In this document: piece by piece, positions 26,602-32,000 of the stretch
Layout of the letters: each line of letters opens with the position of its first letter
Numbering within the stretch: position 1 is the stretch's first letter
Assembly (NCBI GenBank): GCA_022843095.1
Contig: JALHOH010000001.1
Coordinates: 30,001-62,000, forward strand
Origin: Candidatus Saccharimonadota bacterium
Lineage (GTDB): Bacteria; Patescibacteriota; Patescibacteriia; 2-12-FULL-60-25
DNA length: 32,000 bases
Direction: 5' to 3'
Notes under the pieces: model-generated
Databases searched by the model: none
Seen by the model: the letters and a program-made list of their open reading frames with translations, nothing else
What the model was told of the DNA's origin: nothing
Position numbers and translations under genes: made by a program

Positions 26602-27327
26602 ATGCGACGCTTTTTTTTGCTCGTATCCTGCCTCGCCAGCGTCGGCGCTGGATGCACGTCCGATACCCCATCCCCCGTCGTCACAACCCCGGCCCGGGAT
26701 GTTCAAGCACCGGTTCGCCCGCTTGGAGAAGATGATGTACGCATCGATCCTCAATCACCCTCCGAAACGGTGATCCTTCGCGAATCCCAATTCAGCAAAC
26801 GCGGGTTCATCGTGATTCATTTGGATGAAGCCGGAAAACCCGGAAAAATTCTTGGGGTCAGCGACGTCCAATCTGTTGGCCACCACGGAGAAACCTGGAT
26901 CAACGTCTCGCCGTCACTCCAGCAAGGAAAAACCTATTTTGCTACTCTCCGGCACGACAACGGGGATAATCGTTACGATCCGACCAAGGATGAACCCGTG
27001 AAACAGGGAGATACGCTGGTTCAAATCCCGTTCGATGTCGTTGCCGTACGGAATGAAAACGAGGTCGCCTCTCCCGCCACCGAAATCACGATCAAGAACT
27101 TTGCGTTTTCCCCGGACACTGTAACCGTGAAACGCGGAACACCTATCCGCTTTGTGAACGCAGATACCATGAACCATACCGCAACCTCTGATAAACCGGG
27201 GTTTGATTCCGGAATGCTTGGCAGCGGACAATCTTTTACCCTCGACACGGGAACGCTCGTCCCCGGCCCGTACCCGTATCACTGTTCACCCCATCCAGAC
27301 ATGCGTGGTACGCTGATCATCGAATAA
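26602..27327 (+). CDS. Lipoprotein with a C-terminal amicyanin-like type-1 copper (cupredoxin) domain
   Basis: Signal plus lipobox MRRFFLLVSCLASVGAGC. The C-terminus IRFVNADTMNHTATS...GPYPYHCSPHPDMRGTLIIE supplies His, Cys, His and Met ligands in amicyanin-like spacing. Confidence 0.85.
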   Translation: MRRFFLLVSCLASVGAGCTSDTPSPVVTTPARDVQAPVRPLGEDDVRIDPQSPSETVILRESQFSKRGFIVIHLDEAGKPGKILGVSDVQSVGHHGETWINVSPSLQQGKTYFATLRHDNGDNRYDPTKDEPVKQGDTLVQIPFDVVAVRNENEVASPATEITIKNFAFSPDTVTVKRGTPIRFVNADTMNHTATSDKPGFDSGMLGSGQSFTLDTGTLVPGPYPYHCSPHPDMRGTLIIE

Positions 27328-27328
27328 T

Positions 27329-27886
27329 ATGAAACACCCCTTCGCACTTACGGTTCTCACACTCAGCCTGATTGGAGCCGGTTGTGGCGCGGCAACGACG
27401 ACGCCAACACCCACAACACCCACCCCCGCACCGCAGGCGCAGGCACCCACACCACCTCCCCCGACACGGACACCTGAAACACGCGTCACGCTTACCGGAG
27501 CCATCAACTATTCAACCAACATTCTCACGGTTTGCGGATCAGCGCAGCCTGCCAGAAACGGAAATCCAGAACGCGGCTTTCAGTTTCGCGGCACCTCCAT
27601 GGGTCGCGATAACAACGGAACAGGCGCCTATCTCACCGTTAACTTTTTTCGAGGAACCGTGCGCGCCGCGGGCGAACAACCCGTTCATGAACGGGACGGC
27701 GGTCTGGCGACGATCCAATACACTGCAGACCCGAACGATCCGTCTCGCACGTTTAGCCCCGTCGAAGGTCAGTCAAGCGTTTCCATCGCAGAAGACTTTC
27801 AGAGCGCGACATTCACAGGCGTCTTTGCAAACGCCGTAGATTCCAATCAGCGCATCGAAGTCGACGCACAAATCAAGTGCCAGTAA
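27329..27886 (+). CDS. Lipoprotein of unknown function with a Pro/Thr-rich linker
   Basis: MKHPFALTVLTLSLIGAGC lipobox, then TTTPTPTTPTPAPQAQAPTPPPPTRTPE. The start is 1 nt after the upstream stop. Confidence 0.7.
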   Translation: MKHPFALTVLTLSLIGAGCGAATTTPTPTTPTPAPQAQAPTPPPPTRTPETRVTLTGAINYSTNILTVCGSAQPARNGNPERGFQFRGTSMGRDNNGTGAYLTVNFFRGTVRAAGEQPVHERDGGLATIQYTADPNDPSRTFSPVEGQSSVSIAEDFQSATFTGVFANAVDSNQRIEVDAQIKCQ

Positions 27887-27891
27887 CGCAC

Positions 27892-27916
27892 CCCCGGCCA
27901 TTCGCCGGGGTTTGTG
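27892..27916 (+). terminator. Rho-independent terminator
   Basis: CCCCGGC-CATTC-GCCGGGG followed by TTTGTGTCT. Confidence 0.6.
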
Positions 27917-27947
27917 TCTCTCCCCCATTCTCTGCCATGATGCCACC

Positions 27948-29726
27948 ATGGCAACCCTGCTTCAGGCCGAACATCTGACCAAAACCCTTGGACCTCGTGT
28001 GTTATTCGAGGATCTCTCATTCGCGATCCATGAAGGCGAACGGTACGGCTTTATCGGACGTAATGGCGAAGGAAAAACCACGCTTCTCAAGATGTTAACC
28101 GGCGAAGAAGCGCCTGAACGCGGTTCAATTCGGGTCCACGACATTGCGCGCATCGGCTATTTGGAACAACACACACAGTTTGTCCCCGGTGAATCCATCG
28201 AGGCATTTTTGGAGCGTCTGTCCAACCAACCCGCCTGGCGCTGCGCCAAGGTCGCCGCGCAATTTCGCCTCTCCGCGGAATATCTTACCCGTCCGATCCA
28301 ATCCTGCTCGGGCGGTGAACAGATGCGCGCGCGTCTCGCCGCCCTCTTTTTAGCAGAACCAACCTTGCTCCTGTTGGACGAACCAACCAACTACCTAGAC
28401 GTCCAAACACAGCTTCTCCTCGAAGCCGTCCTTGCCGATTATGCCGGAAGTTTTGTCATCATCTCGCACGACCGTGAATTTTTAATGCGAACCTGTACCG
28501 AAACCATGGAATTGGATCGAGGCATACTCACCTTGTTTCCTGGCGATGTCGAGTCGTATTTTCTGTACAAACAAGAACGTGATGCCACGCTCGCGCGCGA
28601 AAATAAATCCATTGAACAACAAAAGAAACATTTAGAAACCTTTATCAATCGCTTTCGTGCCAAGGCTTCAAAGGCCTCGCAGGCGCAAAGCAAGATGAAG
28701 GCGCTTGCGCGATTGAACACCAAAGAGATTCGTCCGCCCGCCCCCCGCGTGACGATCCATATTCCGCAAGTGGAATGGCGAAACACATTTGCGTTGCGCG
28801 CAACCCATCTTGCCATCGGCTATCCCGAAAAAACCGTCGTGTCTGAGATCGACGTCGAGATTCAACGCGGTCAACACGTCGCCATTGTCGGAGAAAACGG
28901 CCAAGGAAAAACGACCTTCCTTCAAACACTTGCCGGGCGACTCCCTGAGAAAGCCGGAACGTTCACCTACGCCAACCGCCTGCGGGTTGGGCTGTATGAT
29001 CAAAAAGTCCGTGCCGCGCTGCATCCGGATGAAACCGTGGAACAGTATCTCACACGCTCCGCCCCGGATTTACCGCGACAGGAGATTCTAGCCATGGCCG
29101 GCGACTTCTTGTTCCGCGAGGATGATCGGGAAAAACCGACACGCGTCCTCTCGGGCGGAGAAGCGGCACGACTTGTGCTTGCCGGGCTATGTCTTGGCCG
29201 TTTTGAGGTACTTCTCCTGGACGAACCCACCAACCACCTCGATTTTGATACGGTAGAAGCACTTGCCGAGGCGCTCGCAAAATACAAAGGCACGATCCTA
29301 TTCGTGTCCCATGATCGTGGGTTTGTGAATCGCCTGGCGGATGTCATCTTGGATGTCCGTGACGGTCGCGTTCATCGGTATCCCGGCACGTATGCAGAGT
29401 ACGTCCAGGATATTCGCCATGATTTAGCCCTGGATACTGCCCTCGCCCCGTCAGATGCTCCCCCCTCTCCCAAAGAAAGCCGTGCCGAACGCCACGCCAA
29501 ACTCACCGAACGAAAACGCGCCTGGCGTAAACTGGAAAAAGAGCTCCAGGAGCTCGAAATGGAGCGCGAAACATTGCTTCGCTGGTTTACCGAACACCCG
29601 ACTGAACGCATCGCAGAACAATCGCAGCGCCTACACACCGTCGTTACCATGCAAAACCACCTGGAAGAAGAATGGGTAAAACTGGGGGCAGAAATCGAAA
29701 ACCTGGAGCGCGGAGAGGGTTCTTAA
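27948..29726 (+). CDS. ABC-F family ATPase (two ABC domains, C-terminal coiled coil)
   Basis: Two Walker A motifs (GRNGEGKTT, GENGQGKTT), two signatures (CSGGEQMR, LSGGEAAR) and no TM domain. The start is set to ATG 27948. Confidence 0.9.
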   Translation: MATLLQAEHLTKTLGPRVLFEDLSFAIHEGERYGFIGRNGEGKTTLLKMLTGEEAPERGSIRVHDIARIGYLEQHTQFVPGESIEAFLERLSNQPAWRCAKVAAQFRLSAEYLTRPIQSCSGGEQMRARLAALFLAEPTLLLLDEPTNYLDVQTQLLLEAVLADYAGSFVIISHDREFLMRTCTETMELDRGILTLFPGDVESYFLYKQERDATLARENKSIEQQKKHLETFINRFRAKASKASQAQSKMKALARLNTKEIRPPAPRVTIHIPQVEWRNTFALRATHLAIGYPEKTVVSEIDVEIQRGQHVAIVGENGQGKTTFLQTLAGRLPEKAGTFTYANRLRVGLYDQKVRAALHPDETVEQYLTRSAPDLPRQEILAMAGDFLFREDDREKPTRVLSGGEAARLVLAGLCLGRFEVLLLDEPTNHLDFDTVEALAEALAKYKGTILFVSHDRGFVNRLADVILDVRDGRVHRYPGTYAEYVQDIRHDLALDTALAPSDAPPSPKESRAERHAKLTERKRAWRKLEKELQELEMERETLLRWFTEHPTERIAEQSQRLHTVVTMQNHLEEEWVKLGAEIENLERGEGS

Positions 29727-29791
29727 AGAAGGCTCTTCTCAGGCCACCACAGGCCCCGTACACTTTCCATATCATTCTTCATACTGTCCGT

Positions 29792-30406
29792 ATGCGTCCG
29801 TCACACATCATCTTCTCCCTTCTCACGCTCCCCCTTCTTGCCGCAGGGTGCAGCGAAACGCCGGCCACTCCGTCTCCCACACCGTCTCCGTCTCCCGCAC
29901 CAGCGCCTTCCGCGCCGTCTGCGCAAACCACGGATCCCGATCTCGCCCTGTTGCGTACGCTTCCACGCGTAGACGCCTGCACACAACTCACACAAGAAAA
30001 GGCAGCGACCATCTTTCCGGGCAATACGTTTTCCCTCAAAGATCAGCGTCCCGCAGGAGAATCTGGCTATGAAATCCTTTCCGCCTGCTATTGGATCGCC
30101 TCCACGACGCAACCCGTCATCCCAGCGTATGTCGACCTCACGTCACGGACAAACGTCTCTGAAAAACGCGCTACGGATTTCTTAGCCACGCGACTGGACC
30201 TCGCGCGTGAAAGTGGACGAACCTACCGACTGGAGCCATCCCTCGGGAAAGATGCGTTTGTCACCTCACATAACGTCTACGGAGTGCGTACGATCATCGT
30301 GGAGTTCGTGAAAGGAACAACCTACTACGAACTCAAAGGATCGGCGACGGGGAAGGAAGAAGCCGCCATCGCAAACGCGCTCATCACCTTTGCAAAAAGC
30401 CTGTAG
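29792..30406 (+). CDS. Lipoprotein of unknown function with a Pro/Ser/Thr-rich linker
   Basis: MRPSHIIFSLLTLPLLAAGC lipobox, then TPATPSPTPSPSPAPAPSAPSA. The start is trimmed to ATG 29792. Confidence 0.7.
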   Translation: MRPSHIIFSLLTLPLLAAGCSETPATPSPTPSPSPAPAPSAPSAQTTDPDLALLRTLPRVDACTQLTQEKAATIFPGNTFSLKDQRPAGESGYEILSACYWIASTTQPVIPAYVDLTSRTNVSEKRATDFLATRLDLARESGRTYRLEPSLGKDAFVTSHNVYGVRTIIVEFVKGTTYYELKGSATGKEEAAIANALITFAKSL

Positions 30407-30428
30407 CGACTGTGATACACTCGGACAT

Positions 30429-30992
30429 ATGGATCCGAGTGTATTGCGTTCCGGGTTGATCGCGGTTCATTTGTTTGGGCTGGCACTCGGCGCCGGCGGA
30501 GCGTTTGTTTCCGACGCGCTCTTTTTGCATCTCATCCGCGATAAAAAATTGCAGCGTCATGAAATCGCCATCCTCCGCATCACCTCCAAACTCGTGTGGG
30601 CTGGTCTCTTCCTTCTCGTCGTGTCAGGCATCGGGCTCTTCCTGCAAGATCCCGAACGCTTGCTGCAAAGCAGTAAATTCTTGGCAAAGATGATCATCGT
30701 CTTCATCCTCACAGCGAACGGCCTGATCTTCCATAACGTCCATCTTCCCTTTTTTGATGCCCTCCAAGGCAAGGCGCTGGCTCGTACGCCCGGTATGTTG
30801 CGCGCACGGCGCTGGCTTTCCGTTTCTGGGGCCATTTCGGGCACATCTTGGACGGCTGCGCTGATTCTGGGTTCCTTAAAACAGGTCCCCTTTGCCGCCT
30901 CAGAAATCCTGACTATCTACGCCCTTGTGGTCGGGTGCGCCTGTGCGATCGCACTCGCGATCGAAGAATGGTTGATCCCGATGAAACGCTAA
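30429..30992 (+). CDS. Polytopic membrane protein of unknown function
   Basis: 187 aa with ~5 hydrophobic helices (LIAVHLFGLALGAGGAFVSDALFL...). The start is trimmed to ATG 30429. Confidence 0.65.
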   Translation: MDPSVLRSGLIAVHLFGLALGAGGAFVSDALFLHLIRDKKLQRHEIAILRITSKLVWAGLFLLVVSGIGLFLQDPERLLQSSKFLAKMIIVFILTANGLIFHNVHLPFFDALQGKALARTPGMLRARRWLSVSGAISGTSWTAALILGSLKQVPFAASEILTIYALVVGCACAIALAIEEWLIPMKR

Positions 30993-31981
30993 CGCAACAA
31001 CGCCTCCATCACATTCCGATACAGCGCCTTCACGCGCTGTTTTTGGATTGCGCCAATCGTTGCATAATTATCCAATCCAGGAGCCGCGTTCACTTCGATC
31101 ACCACATATTCCTGCGGAGGCGCATCCAATCCCTGCTCTGTCATCACATCGATGCCGATGTACCGCAAATTCATGTCTCGCGCGATGCGCGCTGCAAGCG
31201 CACACCACTCCGAATGGAGTCTCTCGGTCACATCCACCGCCATTCCCCCGGAAGATAGATTTGCATTTGGGAGAAGCGTCCACGTCAGACCCTTGGGCGG
31301 GATGCTCTCCTGTGTCGCGCCTCGATGCGCAAGTTCACGCGTGATGCGTGGATCATCTAGCGAAAGACAGGTATCCCGGCCATCACGCACAAATTGTTCC
31401 TGTAACGCCTGAAGCAAGGCGCGGACCGTCCGGATCCCATCCCCCGTGACCTGCAGCGGACGACGTTCGTATGCAGAGATCACGACGCCATCCAGAACGA
31501 CGATCCGATAGTCCCTCCCCATGACCCGCTTCTGCACAAGTACGACGCGTTCGTGATGCGCGGCCTGCGCGAACGCGGCGGCAAATTCCTGCCCCGAACG
31601 CACCAACGACACGCCGTGCCCCTGACTTTTGCTATTCGGTTTCACGATGACCGGATACCCCAGCCGCTCCGCATACACCTGCGCCCGCTCCGGCGTCCGA
31701 TCGCTTCCGATGGTTGCCGCCCATGCCGTCGTATAAAAGGCCTCGCCCTCCGGCACGGGATAGCCTGCGTCCTTCAAAAAAAAGGCGGCGTAATCTTTAT
31801 CTTTCGCGATCTCCACCGAACCCGCGGCGTTTAAATCAAGCACCGTATTCCGAAAAAAACGCGTCCGTCCGTCCGGCGTCCGCAAACGTGCCACATACCC
31901 CCAGGTTGGCTCAATCAGCAGATCCACCCGCATCTCGTCCGCAATCTCCCGCATCAAATCCAGGATGAGGCTTTTGCTCAT
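30989..31981 (-). CDS. Stand-alone ATP-grasp ligase resembling the cyanophycin-synthetase ATP-grasp domain
   Basis: IAKDKDYAAFFLKDAGYPVPEG, GYPVIVKPNSKSQGHGV, GRDYRIVVLDG, NANLSSGGMAVDVT and VIEVNAAPGL follow the order of ATP-grasp motifs seen in CphA or glutathione-synthetase-like enzymes. Confidence 0.8.
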   Translation of the reverse strand: MSKSLILDLMREIADEMRVDLLIEPTWGYVARLRTPDGRTRFFRNTVLDLNAAGSVEIAKDKDYAAFFLKDAGYPVPEGEAFYTTAWAATIGSDRTPERAQVYAERLGYPVIVKPNSKSQGHGVSLVRSGQEFAAAFAQAAHHERVVLVQKRVMGRDYRIVVLDGVVISAYERRPLQVTGDGIRTVRALLQALQEQFVRDGRDTCLSLDDPRITRELAHRGATQESIPPKGLTWTLLPNANLSSGGMAVDVTERLHSEWCALAARIARDMNLRYIGIDVMTEQGLDAPPQEYVVIEVNAAPGLDNYATIGAIQKQRVKALYRNVMEALLR

Positions 31982-32000
31982 AGATTGCCGGGATTGTTAC

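Noticed and set aside
27380-27480. Repetitive ACC/CCC/CCG-rich DNA here and at 29860-29930, considered as a tandem repeat or array
   Set aside because: It is in-frame low-complexity coding sequence for Pro/Thr/Ser/Ala linkers directly after lipoprotein signal peptides. It is not a spacer-repeat structure.

Overview
The window is gene-dense and mostly housekeeping. It encodes tpiA, an M16 peptidase, glyQS, frr, holB, rpsA, ftsH, tsaD/tsaE, an ABC-F ATPase and a PilB/GspE-type ATPase. There is an envelope-glycan cluster: a polyprenyl-phosphate sugar transferase, two GT4 glycosyltransferases and a SpoT-type HD hydrolase. Several predicted lipoproteins are present, including an amicyanin-like blue-copper protein. 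Intergenic regions are short and many transcription units end in clear hairpin terminators. Tight packing, an orphan pilB and a four-domain S1 fit a small-genome (CPR/Patescibacteria-like) bacterium, but that placement is inference only. The left edge (1-1900) holds an excisionase-family HTH gene and a tyrosine integrase that run into the 3' end of a tRNA-Thr/tRNA-Tyr pair. This looks like the edge of an integrated element whose body lies off-window. The most unusual locus is 13.46-15.61 kb: a GC3-rich gene for a 663-aa membrane/coiled-coil protein with its own promoter and terminator. Its N-terminal half resembles DUF4407, and its ~310-aa C-terminal extension is unrecognised and contains an internal duplicated motif. 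Its codon usage matches the integrase module rather than the backbone. Orphan genes lie beside it (261-aa acidic protein, 83-aa small ORF), and another orphan (286 aa) follows tsaD-tsaE. I found no CRISPR array, rRNA or transposase. All family assignments come from reading motifs by eye, with no searches run.
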